A DNA stretch of 64,000 nucleotides from an uncultured Planctomycetaceae bacterium (GTDB lineage: Bacteria; Planctomycetota; Planctomycetia; Planctomycetales; Planctomycetaceae), in the NCBI GenBank assembly GCA_963976765.1, contig CAXBME010000020.1, positions 62,001 through 126,000 on the forward strand, given 5' to 3'. Shown one piece after another: positions 28,401 through 37,800 of the stretch. How positions within the stretch are numbered: the first letter of the stretch is position 1; every line of letters begins with the position of its first letter. Under the pieces are notes generated by a model. It had not been told where the DNA came from. It did not search any database and saw only the letters and a program-made list of their open reading frames with translations. The position numbers and the translations under genes were made by a program.

Positions 28401-28539
28401 CGACACTGAGAAAGTGAACGCTCTGCTTTCCCGAGGCGAGTCACCAGTCAACGACAAACTCAACCGCGCTGAGCTGACATCCTTCGCCGCCGTCATGAAC
28501 ATGATTCTGAACCTCGACGAAGTCATCACGAAGGAATGA
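25420..28539 (+). CDS. Planctomycete cytochrome c / DUF1549 (PSCyt2) / DUF1553 (PSD1) protein
   Basis: Signal peptide; CYTCH and CARCH heme motifs; HWSF, RRITLDLIGLPPT, WLDAARYADSNG, PTHPHLLDWLA, YQQSS, IRDQAL, NTPLHALVLMN. Start 25420 or 25453. Confidence 0.95.
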   Translation: MTLRSNWPVRRMNQFSFAAAFVAFLGTATLSAFADSSEKVDFDRDIRPILSNTCYTCHGPDANKRATELRFDVEENLFGKHDEPVVVRGKPSESALVARITSGDPDYRMPPVDEKQQLSKAQIDLLTRWVEQGAPYSGHWSFQPVVRPQLPMVERADWPRNGIDHFVLNRMTERKLQPSDRTSKETLIRRITLDLIGLPPTLEEVDAFLADDSEQAFENVVDRLLASQRFGEHFATAWLDAARYADSNGYQQDRTRTLWPWRDWVIRAFNSNMPFDQFTIEQLAGDQLENASIDQQIATGFHRNHMLNGEGGRIAEESRVEYVMDRVETTGAVWLGLTVGCARCHDHKYDPVSQREFYQLYSYFNSIDESGRVDAGGNANPVLAVPTKEQSIQQSSLAQKLADLRKDLSFVTTAERQRAWETAKLVELSKDQTPPVWELLKPARFVSEQGQTMTLQPDGSMLLTGKNPKNDNYEIEFVAGASGITGIRIEAEPHPEFTNGGFARSDSGNFVLTDFSVQARRSKESEFSSVKIGSAQASFEQGGFKIEKTFDGDSKTGWAVHNPSNMKIPRQAVYVFDKPIGGSEGTTLIVRMKHESQHAFHNLSRFRILVTTQPEPKLDSSDGGREALASALTVELEKRSDAQKKLIAEEFRKGSPEVLGVQKQIDSVTKQQGDLDKQIVRTMVMRDRKDARETFVLNRGVWDQPIKEQPIQPATPDCLPGLPEEVSKNRLSLARWVVSKENPLTPRVVVNRYWQHFLGTGLVTTPEDFGSQGERPTHPHLLDWLAAEFVDSGWNVKHMLKLIVMSATYQQSSKATPAMMEADSSNQWLARGARFRLTSQTIRDQALMVSGLLVDKLGGPPVKPYQPLGIWSDLSLGKIKYEQDHGENLYRRTLYTFWRRASAPTMLFDVATRQVCKVRTSRTNTPLHALVLMNDDTYVEASRKLAERVLLEGGATDDDRLEYGFRLATCRHATSAERSVLLDVLNKVRADYATDTEKVNALLSRGESPVNDKLNRAELTSFAAVMNMILNLDEVITKE

Positions 28540-28545
28540 ACGGTC

Positions 28546-28567
28546 GCAGGTCAGGCTTGGCCTGACG
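28546..28567 (+). repeat. Single REP-like hairpin (same family as 25225-25307)
   Basis: GCAG-GTCAGG-cttgg-CCTGAC-G, 7 nt after the stop codon. Confidence 0.6.
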
Positions 28568-28836
28568 AAGTTTTCCATCGCCGAAATTCGTGCGAGATTC
28601 ACTTGTCATCAGGGATGCACATCAGACTTTGCATGATTCGTCCTGGTGGCGACTTCGGTGCTTTGAGGTTTTCGTACCGGTCTGCCTGAAATTGTTCAAC
28701 GTCTCTGCGTCGATTCATTGATTGCCAGACAGTCCCGCTCGTGGTTCTGGCAGGTTAAGATCAACCATCCGACGACCGGCCATTGGAATGTTCCGGGCAG
28801 GGAGCTATGGCAACTCTTAGAGGGCAGGGCAGAAAA

Positions 28837-29316
28837 GTGGCTGAGAGATCAATTCAGGATTACATCATCGATCATCGCGAGCTGGACTGGGATGTGTTGC
28901 TCGAACCGTGGCAGTGGATGCTGCCGGATTCGTACACGATCTGGTTGATGAACCGGTTTGGGGATCTGTTTCTGATTCTTGAGGACGGCGTCGTCGTGAT
29001 GCTCGATTCAGGCATGGGGAAGGTCGAGGAAGTTGCCAGCAGTCAGAACGAGTTCTGCGATCTTTGCGAGGAGCCTGAGAACCTCAGCGATTACTTTGCG
29101 ATTCCGCTGGTCGATGCCATGAACGAAGCAGGGACGCCACTCGAAGCCGTGCAATGTTACACGTTTCGGCATCCGCCAGTGACGGGCGGTGAGTATGACG
29201 TTTCAAACGTCGCCGTCACGGACATCGCCAATCACTTTGCCGGCTACGGGAAGATTCACGAGCAGGTTCGCGATCTGCCGGACGGACGGGAAGTGGAGAT
29301 TGACTGGAAGCCGTAA
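28837..29316 (+). CDS. DUF1851 / Tdi1-like toxin immunity protein
   Basis: Acidic ~160 aa; NRFGDLF..DG.V..LD and QCYTFRHPPVTGGEY..SN...H...GKIHEQVRDLPDG; probable GTG 28837. Confidence 0.75.
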   Translation: MAERSIQDYIIDHRELDWDVLLEPWQWMLPDSYTIWLMNRFGDLFLILEDGVVVMLDSGMGKVEEVASSQNEFCDLCEEPENLSDYFAIPLVDAMNEAGTPLEAVQCYTFRHPPVTGGEYDVSNVAVTDIANHFAGYGKIHEQVRDLPDGREVEIDWKP

Positions 29317-29337
29317 AATTCCCGGCGGGTAAATCTG

Positions 29338-29384
29338 GAACGCAGACGTCGGAGAGTTTGGAAACGCAGAGGTCGGAGAGAGAG
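29338..29384 (+). repeat. CGCAGAG-family half element (18-bp direct repeat)
   Basis: AACGCAGACGTCGGAGAG (29339-29356) and AACGCAGAGGTCGGAGAG (29363-29380), 17/18 identical; no inverted arm. Confidence 0.7.
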
Positions 29385-29387
29385 TCA

Positions 29388-30860
29388 ATGGGGCTGATCG
29401 AGCAAACTGTTGAAACGACAACTCGGCGCGAATTGCTGTCCTCGGCGGGCGGCGTCAGTCTTGGCGCGTTGGCACTGGCCTCATTGCTGGAGAAGGACGC
29501 TGTCGCTGCGGGGGCTGAGCCGAAGTTGACGTCCGAAAATGGTCGACTCCCTGGGCTGCCGCATCATGAGCCGAAAGTTAAACGCGTGATCTGGCTCATG
29601 CAGAGCGGAGCACCTTCTCACACGGACCTGTTCGATCATAAGCCGATTCTGGCGGAACGTCGCGGTGAAGAAATTCCTGAGTCGATTCACAAGAGCCAGA
29701 AGCTGTCGACGATGACTCAGGGGAAAAGTAAGCCGTGCCTGGGGCCTCGCGCGCCGTTCCGGCAGCATGGGGAGTGCGGTCGGTGGATCACGGATTTCAT
29801 GCCGCACACCGCGTCGATTGTTGACGACATCTGCATGATTCACACAATGAAGACCGAGGCGGTGAATCACGCACCTGCGATGACGTTTCTATTGACCGGT
29901 GCCGAGCAGCCCGGTCGGCCCAGTGCAGGAGCCTGGACAGCGTACGGTCTGGGCAGCGACAACGAGAATATGCCGACCTACTGCGTGCTGACGTCGCGAG
30001 ATCGCGAGGGCAGTTGCGGGCAGCTCTTTTACGACTTCTACTGGAGCAGCGGCTTTCTGCCGTCGAAGTTTCAGGGCGTTAAGTTCCGGCAGGGCGGAAG
30101 TCCGGTGCTCTACCTGGACGATCCAGACGGGTTGACTCGCGAGACCAGACGAACGCTGCTCGACGGACTGGCGAGATTGAACCAGCACAAGTTCGATCAG
30201 GTCGGCGATCCCGAGATTCAGACTCGGATCGCTCAGTATGAAATGGCTTATCGCATGCAGAAGGCGATGCCCGAAGCCGTCGATCTGGCGAGTGAACCAA
30301 AACACGTTCTCGACATGTACGGTCCGCAGGTGTCGACGCCGGGATCGTACGCGTCGAACTGTCTGATGGCCTGCCGACTGGCCGAGCGAGGGGTGAAGTT
30401 TATCCAGCTCATGCACAGCGGCTGGGATCAGCATTCGAACCTGCCAACGCAACTTGAGCAGCAGTGCGTCGACACGGATCAACCGTCAGCGGCGCTGGTG
30501 AAAGATCTGGCTCAGCGAGGACTTCTCGAAGACACCCTTGTCATCTGGGGAGGCGAGTTTGGTCGGACGCCGTTCGGACAGGGCGATATCAACAATCAGA
30601 AGACGCACGGGCGAGACCATCACCCGTACTGCTACTCGATCTGGATGGCCGGCGGCGGCGTGAAGCAGGGGATCGCATACGGAGAGACGGACGAGTACGG
30701 CTACAACGTCGTCAAAGACCAGGTTCACGTTCACGATTTTCAGGCCACGCTGATGCATCTGCTCGGCATTGACCACACCCGGCACACCTTTAAGTTTCAG
30801 GGCCGGCATTTCCGCCTGACCGATGTGCACGGAGAAGTCGTCGATGGAGTGCTGGCCTGA
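29388..30860 (+). CDS. DUF1501 domain protein, Tat-exported
   Basis: TRRELL signal; KRVIWLMQSGAPSHTDLFD, AVNHAPA, YEMAYRMQ, GWDQH, GEFGRTP, GRDHH. Confidence 0.95.
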   Translation: MGLIEQTVETTTRRELLSSAGGVSLGALALASLLEKDAVAAGAEPKLTSENGRLPGLPHHEPKVKRVIWLMQSGAPSHTDLFDHKPILAERRGEEIPESIHKSQKLSTMTQGKSKPCLGPRAPFRQHGECGRWITDFMPHTASIVDDICMIHTMKTEAVNHAPAMTFLLTGAEQPGRPSAGAWTAYGLGSDNENMPTYCVLTSRDREGSCGQLFYDFYWSSGFLPSKFQGVKFRQGGSPVLYLDDPDGLTRETRRTLLDGLARLNQHKFDQVGDPEIQTRIAQYEMAYRMQKAMPEAVDLASEPKHVLDMYGPQVSTPGSYASNCLMACRLAERGVKFIQLMHSGWDQHSNLPTQLEQQCVDTDQPSAALVKDLAQRGLLEDTLVIWGGEFGRTPFGQGDINNQKTHGRDHHPYCYSIWMAGGGVKQGIAYGETDEYGYNVVKDQVHVHDFQATLMHLLGIDHTRHTFKFQGRHFRLTDVHGEVVDGVLA

Positions 30861-30894
30861 GTCCGCGACTGTCATTCGCTGTTTCGGCAGGTGA

Positions 30895-30923
30895 TTGACG
30901 GTTTGGATGAGGCGGCCTAAATT
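30895..30923 (+). promoter_or_regulatory. Sigma70-like promoter of hisF
   Basis: TTGACG-N17-TAAATT, 74 bp upstream of the hisF ATG. Confidence 0.55.
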
Positions 30924-30996
30924 GGGCAGATTCATTTCTTTGTGAGATCGCTCAGATTTTGCAGGACCTCATTTCGTTAAGAATCGATAGCTTAAG

Positions 30997-31776
30997 ATGC
31001 TTGCCAAGCGAATTATTCCCTGCCTTGATGTCCACGCCGGACGTGTCGTTAAGGGCGTTAACTTTCTGAATCTGCAGGATGCGGGCGACCCCGTGGCGAT
31101 TGCTTCTCGTTATGAAGCCGAAGGCGCTGACGAGCTGGTGTTTCTCGACATTACTGCCAGCCACGAAGAACGCGACATCATCCTGGACGTTGTTAGCCGT
31201 ACATCCGAAGTGATTTTCATGCCTCTGACCGTGGGAGGCGGCATTCGAACTCTGGAAGATATTCGGACGCTACTCAGTGCAGGGTGCGACAAGGTGTCGA
31301 TCAACTCGGCGGCTGTCACCAACCCAGACTTTGTGAAAGAAGCGGCGCTAAGGTTCGGCAGTCAGTGCATCGTCGTAAACATCGACCCGAAGCGGATTAA
31401 GCAGGACGATGGATCGGAACTTTGGGATGTGCATATCAACGGCGGTCGAATCCCGACCGGGCTTGAGGTTGTCGCCTGGGCACGTGAAGTTGAACGTCTT
31501 GGTGCCGGCGAAATCGTGCTGACCTGCATGGACGCCGACGGGACGAAGGACGGATTCGATATCGAGATCACTCGTGCTGTGGCGGAGGCTGTCGGAGTTC
31601 CGGTCGTCGCCAGCGGCGGAGCTGGATCGCCTCATCACATGTTCGAGGCGGTTACGGATGGAAAAGCCTCTGCGGCGCTGGCGGCGAGCATCTTCCACTT
31701 CGGCGAGTACACCATCGAAGAAACGAAACAATACATGGCGGAGCGTGGTGTGCCTGTCCGATTGATGGTTCAGTAG
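30997..31776 (+). CDS. hisF: Imidazole glycerol phosphate synthase cyclase subunit
   Basis: [54 protein letters not shown]. Confidence 0.98.
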   Translation: MLAKRIIPCLDVHAGRVVKGVNFLNLQDAGDPVAIASRYEAEGADELVFLDITASHEERDIILDVVSRTSEVIFMPLTVGGGIRTLEDIRTLLSAGCDKVSINSAAVTNPDFVKEAALRFGSQCIVVNIDPKRIKQDDGSELWDVHINGGRIPTGLEVVAWAREVERLGAGEIVLTCMDADGTKDGFDIEITRAVAEAVGVPVVASGGAGSPHHMFEAVTDGKASAALAASIFHFGEYTIEETKQYMAERGVPVRLMVQ

Positions 31777-31878
31777 TCCGAATTTCAGAACTGCTGAGTC
31801 AGGACTCGGTGACTGAGTCAGCGGCGGTTGACTTGAATCGTGCCAACCGTATTGCCACGGAAAACAGGGTAAAAAGAG

Positions 31879-33024
31879 ATGGTCAAGATTTACGAGTGGA
31901 AAGAGTCAACGTACGAGGTGGGCAAGGAACTGGAGATCGACAAGATCTTTCGCGCCGCCATCGAGCACAATTGTTCGGACATCCATCTTCAGGTTGATCG
32001 ACCGCCGATCTTTCGAATTCGCGGTGCTCTGACACCTCTGAAGATGCCCCCGATCACTGAAGAGGGAATGATTAAGCTCTGCTTTCCGATGATGGACCAG
32101 CGAAATCTCGACATCTTTCATAAGGATGGCGGCGCCGACTTTGCGAAGGTTGTGATGCACAAAGAGGAGCCCTGGCGTTTTCGTATCAACCTGATGACGC
32201 AGTTGGGAAAGGTGGGCATGGTCGCTCGAAAAATTGAACGATCGATTCCGCCGTTTGAAAAACTCTGTCTTCCACCGCTCATGGAAGAACTCTGCAAGTT
32301 TGACCAGGGGATGGTGCTGCTGGCTGGCGTGACGGGGTCTGGAAAGAGTACGACGATCGGGTCGATGCTTAACTGGATCAACCAGAATATGAATAAGCAC
32401 ATCCTCACCGTTGAGGATCCGATCGAATTCGTGTTTACGTCAGATCAGTGTCTGATTAATCAGCGGGAACTGGGGCAGGACGTCAGTAACTTTCATGTGG
32501 CGATGAAGCATGCCGTGCGTGAAGACCCAGACATCATTCTCGTGGGTGAAATGCGAGACCGCGACACGTTTGAAACGGCGATCCACGCGGCCGAAACGGG
32601 GCATCTCGTGTTCGGGACGATCCACGCGTCGAGTGCACCAGGAACGATTCCGCGTATCATCGACCTGTTTCCGGCAGACATGCACACGGCGATTCGAGCC
32701 GCTATTGGAATGAGTATGAAAGCGATCGTCGGGCAGAAGCTGCTCAAGACGATCGTCGATATTCCACCGCGAGTTCCAATCATCGAAATTCTGCTGTTCA
32801 ACGCGATGGTTCGGAAGCTTGTCGAAAAAGGCGAGGACAACAAACTTCACGCGGCTATTCGAATCGGGGCTGACGACGGCATGCAGCTCTTTAACGACAG
32901 CCTGTACTACTTTATTAACAAGGAATTTATCAGTCGTGCGGCAGCGTTCGAAATCTCACCGAACGTTGAAGAACTCAAAATGCGCCTGAAGGGGATCGAC
33001 GTGAAGGGGGCGGCGATTCTGTAA
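31879..33024 (+). CDS. pilT: PilT/PilU family type IV pilus ATPase
   Basis: SDIHL, Walker A GVTGSGKSTT, EDPIEF, NQRE, REDPDIILVGEMRD, AETGHLVFGTIH. The AIRNLIRE box reads MVRKLVEK, so PilT versus PilU is uncertain. Confidence 0.85.
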   Translation: MVKIYEWKESTYEVGKELEIDKIFRAAIEHNCSDIHLQVDRPPIFRIRGALTPLKMPPITEEGMIKLCFPMMDQRNLDIFHKDGGADFAKVVMHKEEPWRFRINLMTQLGKVGMVARKIERSIPPFEKLCLPPLMEELCKFDQGMVLLAGVTGSGKSTTIGSMLNWINQNMNKHILTVEDPIEFVFTSDQCLINQRELGQDVSNFHVAMKHAVREDPDIILVGEMRDRDTFETAIHAAETGHLVFGTIHASSAPGTIPRIIDLFPADMHTAIRAAIGMSMKAIVGQKLLKTIVDIPPRVPIIEILLFNAMVRKLVEKGEDNKLHAAIRIGADDGMQLFNDSLYYFINKEFISRAAAFEISPNVEELKMRLKGIDVKGAAIL

Positions 33025-33057
33025 CGCCGGCTGAGCCACATCGGGATTTACACGTTG

Positions 33058-33089
33058 GAGCGGCGACCTTGTCGAAGGTCGTCGCTTCT
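33058..33089 (+). terminator. Hairpin after the PilT-like gene
   Basis: GGAGCGGCGACCTT-gtcg-AAGGTCGTCGCTTC followed by TTCGTTT. Confidence 0.55.
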
Positions 33090-33139
33090 TCGTTTATGCT
33101 CTCGCAAGTTCGTCGTTCTCTGATTCAGAAAGTCTCAAC

Positions 33140-33565
33140 ATGATGAGTCTGTTTCCTCGGCTGATGGCCGTCATTCCATTTGGCATTGGGATGACAGTTC
33201 TGATTTTTCTCTGGTCAGCACCTTTCGGAGCGTTTGGTTCGCCGCCGTTGTTCTTCCGGGTTTTCGGAAGTTTCATTGCTCTGGCGTTTGTTTTGACAGG
33301 AGTCGCAATTTTTGTCGGAGCTGGCAGGATTGGCGATCCGCGACGCATGGCTCAGTCACTTCAGGAATTGCGAAAGGAACTTGACGCGACTCAGCGACCA
33401 GTGAATTCATCGTCAGCCCAGTCTGATACGGCTACCAAACCGAAAGTTGGCTATGACTGTCCCAAGTGCGGAGCAGCTCTCGGTAAGGACGCGGACGTTT
33501 CACCCGGTGGCGACGTGAAGTGCGGATATTGCGAGCGCTGGTTTAACATTCATGCCGCAGGCTGA
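33140..33565 (+). CDS. Two-TM membrane protein with C-terminal zinc ribbon
   Basis: Two hydrophobic helices, then CPKC...CGYC. Confidence 0.75.
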   Translation: MMSLFPRLMAVIPFGIGMTVLIFLWSAPFGAFGSPPLFFRVFGSFIALAFVLTGVAIFVGAGRIGDPRRMAQSLQELRKELDATQRPVNSSSAQSDTATKPKVGYDCPKCGAALGKDADVSPGGDVKCGYCERWFNIHAAG

Positions 33566-33615
33566 TTGAACGCTCGATCTTAAACTTGGAACTCTCAACA
33601 TTGAATGGACACTGA

Positions 33616-34242
33616 ATGATCACGAGGATCACGGGACGACTGGTTCAACTTGGCGACACGGCGGCGACGGTTGCGGCGGGGCCGTTTGAATATGAAGTGC
33701 TGATTCCGGAATTTGTACGTCGGCAGTTGCAGCCGCTGATCAATCAGGAAGTCAGCCTGCGGACGATCGAGTATCTCGACGGCAACCCTCAGCAGGGCCG
33801 TCTGACTCCGCGGATGGTCGGCTTCATGAACGATGCCGAGAAGGAATTTTTCGGCATCATCTGCCAGGTGGATGGCGTCGGTGTGAAGAAAGCTCTGCGA
33901 GCGATGGTGCGTCCCGTTCGGGAAGTGGCGACGGCGATCGAGGAGCAGGACGTCAAGCAATTGACCACGTTACCCGGTATCGGCGCCGCGATGGCCGAAC
34001 GGATCGTCGCGAAACTGCGTCGCAAAATGGCGAAGTTTGCGTTGCTGATTGATCGAGATTTGCCGGATGGTTCTGCGTCTCGACCGTCGATTGTCGAAGA
34101 CGCTTATGAAGCGTTGGTGAGTCTCGGTCATAGCACGTCGGAAGCGCGTGAGAAGATCGAAGCGGCCATCGAGAGTAAGCCGAAGGCCAGGTCGGTCGAT
34201 GAGCTGCTGATTGAGGTCTATCGTAACAATCGGGAAGGCTGA
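33616..34242 (+). CDS. ruvA: Holliday junction branch migration protein RuvA
   Basis: [11 protein letters not shown]-fold start, HhH motifs [10 protein letters not shown] and [14 protein letters not shown]-domain [11 protein letters not shown]. Confidence 0.93.
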   Translation: MITRITGRLVQLGDTAATVAAGPFEYEVLIPEFVRRQLQPLINQEVSLRTIEYLDGNPQQGRLTPRMVGFMNDAEKEFFGIICQVDGVGVKKALRAMVRPVREVATAIEEQDVKQLTTLPGIGAAMAERIVAKLRRKMAKFALLIDRDLPDGSASRPSIVEDAYEALVSLGHSTSEAREKIEAAIESKPKARSVDELLIEVYRNNREG

Positions 34243-34248
34243 GTTCTG

Positions 34249-34776
34249 GTGGGTGATATGTCGGACGGTTTAAGCTCGCATCACGTCGTGGCAGAGTTTG
34301 AACATTTGTTGAACGAGGCGATGCGGAAGATTCGACACTGCGTCGGGCAGTTGAACGAAGAACAGCTCTGGCGGAGGCCGGGTGATGGGTTGAACAGTGT
34401 CGCCAATCTGATGCTGCACCTGGCTGGGAATCTCAATCAGTGGTGCGTTGCGGGAATTCTGGAAACGCAAGACGATCGTCATCGGGATGCCGAGTTCGCT
34501 GCAACGGGCGGACTTTTCGGAGCTGAGCTGATGGCTCGACTTGAGACCGTTGTTGCGGAAGCCGTTTCGGTGATTCAAGGTCTGGACGAAGGGGCGCTCG
34601 GGCAGGCTCGTCAGATTCAGGGATTTGAGGTCACCGTGCTGCAGGCATTATTTCACACTGTGCCGCACTTCGTCGGGCACACACACCAGATCCTGATGCT
34701 GACACGGCTGATGCTGGGGAGCGAGTATCGATTTGAGTGGTCGCCAGAACAGGCTCGGACTGGTGTGCCGCTTTGA
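34249..34776 (+). CDS. DinB/DUF1572 family protein
   Basis: NSVANLMLHLAGNL, RHRDAEF, HFVGHTHQI (three-His DinB pattern). Confidence 0.88.
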   Translation: MGDMSDGLSSHHVVAEFEHLLNEAMRKIRHCVGQLNEEQLWRRPGDGLNSVANLMLHLAGNLNQWCVAGILETQDDRHRDAEFAATGGLFGAELMARLETVVAEAVSVIQGLDEGALGQARQIQGFEVTVLQALFHTVPHFVGHTHQILMLTRLMLGSEYRFEWSPEQARTGVPL

Positions 34777-34891
34777 GCCGTCCTCACTGGACGACTCATG
34801 TTTGAGCTGCCTGAAGGCGCTGTGTTTTGCCCTGATGTGCCGCCTGCGCCGCCTGGAATGCGGTCGGGTTGGTCAATTATCCAGAGTTTGT

Positions 34892-34919
34892 CAAAGTTTG
34901 CCGATTGTAACGCCGATAA
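34892..34919 (+). promoter_or_regulatory. Sigma28 (FliA)-like promoter
   Basis: CAAAGTTT-N12-GCCGATAA versus canonical TAAAGTTT-N11-GCCGATAA; about 120 bp upstream of the TolC-like ATG. Confidence 0.5.
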
Positions 34920-35037
34920 CACCTATAGCGGTTGTACTGCCGCGCAGTGCGCCTGGTATCCGAACTAGAACGGACGCCATCGAACTGTTGCAGATGATTG
35001 CCGCTTTCGAGTCTCTCGATAGGCTGAGGACGAATCG

Positions 35038-37743
35038 ATGGTGTTTCGGCGTTGCCAACATTTGAGCGTAAATACCCAGAAACCTGTTCCTGCCAGGTCT
35101 ACTACCTGGTTACCACTAGCCTGGAGGAGACGCATTCAATGTGCGTTACTGGTGGTGTCGGCTGGGTTTACGACAGGGTGTCTGTCGAGTGGGGACGAAG
35201 AGTTGCAGTACCTCATCGGTGAGGACCGCGAACTTTCGTACTACAAGGATCAGGCCACTCAGGTCGAGTATCCCAACGTCGCTCAGCAGCAGAACGACGC
35301 CGTCGCAGGCACTCAAGAGCCGCGACGAATTCGGCATCCTCGGAAGGATGAGATTCAGGATGTGTCACTCGAAGACGCACTTCGAATTGCGTTGCAGAAT
35401 GCTGAGGTGATTCGAGACAACGCTTCGTTCCTGAATCCGGGCAACCGACTGCTCAGCAATCCGGACTTCGCTTCTTCGATTTACGACGTCGCGATTCAGG
35501 AAAGTAACACGCTGTTCGGACAGGGCGGGGTGCAGGCGGCACTTTCTGAGTTTGACGCGACGCTCACAACCAACATGACTTGGGGAGCATCGGAACAACC
35601 CGCCGAAAGTAATACGATCGGCTTTTCGGCGCTGGATGGTCAACGCGATGAGTTTGGCGATTTTCGCGCCGAGATCAGCAAAATCTTCGGCGACGGTGGG
35701 TCGTTCTCTGTGGAGCACAACTGGCTTTATACAGACACCAATCAGTCTGGTCCCAACGCGCGAACTTTTGGAAGTCAGTTCACTTCTCGACCGAGTGCGA
35801 ATCAGGACGGCGGACTGCCAACCTTCGGAATGGAATACCGACGACCGTTGTGGCAGGGAGCGGGCACCGAGTACACCCGCGTTGCTGGTCCGATTGCTCG
35901 TCGGCCGACCTTGCAGAGTACACCGACGGTTAATCAGGGCGTCGTGATCGCTCGAATCCGTACGGACATCAGTCTGGTTGAATTCGAAGCGTCGGTCGCT
36001 CAGCTTCTGAAAGATGCGGAAGACACCTACTGGCAGCTTTATCTTGCCTATCGAACATACGACGCTGAGTCTGTTGCGACTCAAAGTGCATTGCAGACCT
36101 GGCGGGAAGTTCGAGCCAATATGGATGCCGGTAAAGTTGGAGCCGCAGACGAAGCTCAGGCTCGCGACAACTACTTCGAAACTCGTTCGCGCCGCGAAGG
36201 GGCTCTGTCTAACCTGTTCACTCAGGAAGTTCGGCTGCGTCGCCTGATGGGCCTGCCGGTCAACGACGGTTCGGTGCTGCGACCGAGCGACGATCCGGTG
36301 ACGGCTCAGATTCTGCCGGATTGGAACAACTCACTGGCCGAGTCGCTGACGAATCGTCCGGAGATTCGTCGGCAGAAATGGAACATCAAGAGTCTTGAGC
36401 TGCAACGAGGAGCCGCTGAGAAGCTGGTGAATCCACGACTCGACTTTGTCGCTCGTTACCAGGTCAACGGTTTCGGCGATCAGCTGACCGGCGGAGATGG
36501 CCGATTCAACAGTGCCTACGATACGTTGATGTCTGGTGACCACACCGGTTGGGGACTTGGTTTCGAATTTTCGATGCCGATTGGTTTCCGCGGTGCGACG
36601 ACCCAGATGCAGAATATCGAGCACCGGATTTCCAAAGCTCGCGCCTTGCTCGCTCAGCAGGAACAGGAAATCAGTTACGAACTGGCGTCGGCTTTCCAGC
36701 AGCTCGACCAGTCCTATCAGACGGCTAAGACCAATTACAACCGCCGCCGTGCAGCTCAGAGACGGGTTGAAGCGTTCGAAGCGGAATACAAAGTCGGTCG
36801 CTCAACAGTCGACCTGGTGCTGCGAGCTCAGATCAGCCTGGCTCAGGCCGAGATCGCGTATTACTCGAGCCTTGTTGGCTACAACCAGGCTCTGAACGAG
36901 CTGCGTTACCGCAAAGGAACGTTGTTAATGGACAACAGCGTTTACCTGTCGGAAAGCCTGTGGACCGCAGATGCTTACGACGATGCACTGCGACGAGCCT
37001 GGGAACGCAGCTTTGCGTTTGAGTCACCGAACAAGGTGACTGAACCTGGCGAGTTTGTCGATGACTGCATTGATTGCCTCGACACAGCCAACGGACAGTT
37101 TGACTATCACAACGCCATGCCGATGGAAGAAGCCTTGCCACCGATGGTGCCAAGTCCCGTTGATCCTGCTCAGCCAGCTCCAGCGGGACTTGATAATCGG
37201 TCAGCCTTGATGCCGTCCGAACCGAAAGCTGGTGGGTTGGGTGGTTATGACGAGTTCGTGCCTGGTACCGTAACTCAGCCAATGGGCTCTACCATCGAGA
37301 CGCTGGACGGTGAGCCGCGAAGCGACGCCCGCAACTCGGTCGTCCCGGCGCCGCCGAGCGACGACAGCCCGGCTCCACTTCCGGTGAGTGATCCGTTTGG
37401 TCCAGACGAATTCGTGCCACCGATGCCGCTGGATGGGCGGTCGAATGCCCGTGCAACGTTCAAGGCTCCGACCTCTCGCTCGGTTTCAAGAAGCCAGTTG
37501 ATTGGAAAAGCGACACTTCAGGCGGCCAGCGATGGATTTGTAGAGCCGCTTGAGACTGTTGAATTCTCGGCTGGCTCATCAAACTCAGCGGTCGGTCATG
37601 CTGCAAGCACAATCCCGGCGTATGATAGCGAGGCCGTTGCTGGCGAAGGAATTCGGCAGGCTTCCGGATTCGGGCAGGTCGATAGTTTGCCAACCGCGCC
37701 TCAACGCTCGACGGAGCCACGAAGCAAAGAAGTCCGCAGGTAG
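35038..37743 (+). CDS. TolC family outer membrane protein (probable lipoprotein) with long Pro-rich tail
   Basis: Lipobox-like FTTG-C; SLEDALRIALQN, YRRPLWQG, EDTYWQL, RPEIRRQ, FSMPIGFR, VLRAQISLAQAE; low-complexity P/S/A tail after about aa 690. Confidence 0.85.
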   Translation: MVFRRCQHLSVNTQKPVPARSTTWLPLAWRRRIQCALLVVSAGFTTGCLSSGDEELQYLIGEDRELSYYKDQATQVEYPNVAQQQNDAVAGTQEPRRIRHPRKDEIQDVSLEDALRIALQNAEVIRDNASFLNPGNRLLSNPDFASSIYDVAIQESNTLFGQGGVQAALSEFDATLTTNMTWGASEQPAESNTIGFSALDGQRDEFGDFRAEISKIFGDGGSFSVEHNWLYTDTNQSGPNARTFGSQFTSRPSANQDGGLPTFGMEYRRPLWQGAGTEYTRVAGPIARRPTLQSTPTVNQGVVIARIRTDISLVEFEASVAQLLKDAEDTYWQLYLAYRTYDAESVATQSALQTWREVRANMDAGKVGAADEAQARDNYFETRSRREGALSNLFTQEVRLRRLMGLPVNDGSVLRPSDDPVTAQILPDWNNSLAESLTNRPEIRRQKWNIKSLELQRGAAEKLVNPRLDFVARYQVNGFGDQLTGGDGRFNSAYDTLMSGDHTGWGLGFEFSMPIGFRGATTQMQNIEHRISKARALLAQQEQEISYELASAFQQLDQSYQTAKTNYNRRRAAQRRVEAFEAEYKVGRSTVDLVLRAQISLAQAEIAYYSSLVGYNQALNELRYRKGTLLMDNSVYLSESLWTADAYDDALRRAWERSFAFESPNKVTEPGEFVDDCIDCLDTANGQFDYHNAMPMEEALPPMVPSPVDPAQPAPAGLDNRSALMPSEPKAGGLGGYDEFVPGTVTQPMGSTIETLDGEPRSDARNSVVPAPPSDDSPAPLPVSDPFGPDEFVPPMPLDGRSNARATFKAPTSRSVSRSQLIGKATLQAASDGFVEPLETVEFSAGSSNSAVGHAASTIPAYDSEAVAGEGIRQASGFGQVDSLPTAPQRSTEPRSKEVRR

Positions 37744-37800
37744 CTGGGGGCGTTTCGGGCGTCGAAATTAAGACGCGGCGAAATCAGCAGCTAATTCAAT

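Noticed and set aside
11929..29384. Recurring repeats as a possible CRISPR array
   Set aside because: Copies are kilobases apart and divergent, lack regular spacers, and no cas genes are present.
30997..34242. hisF, pilT-like and ruvA separated from their usual operon partners
   Set aside because: Scattered pathway genes are normal in planctomycetes, so this is not evidence of a new system.
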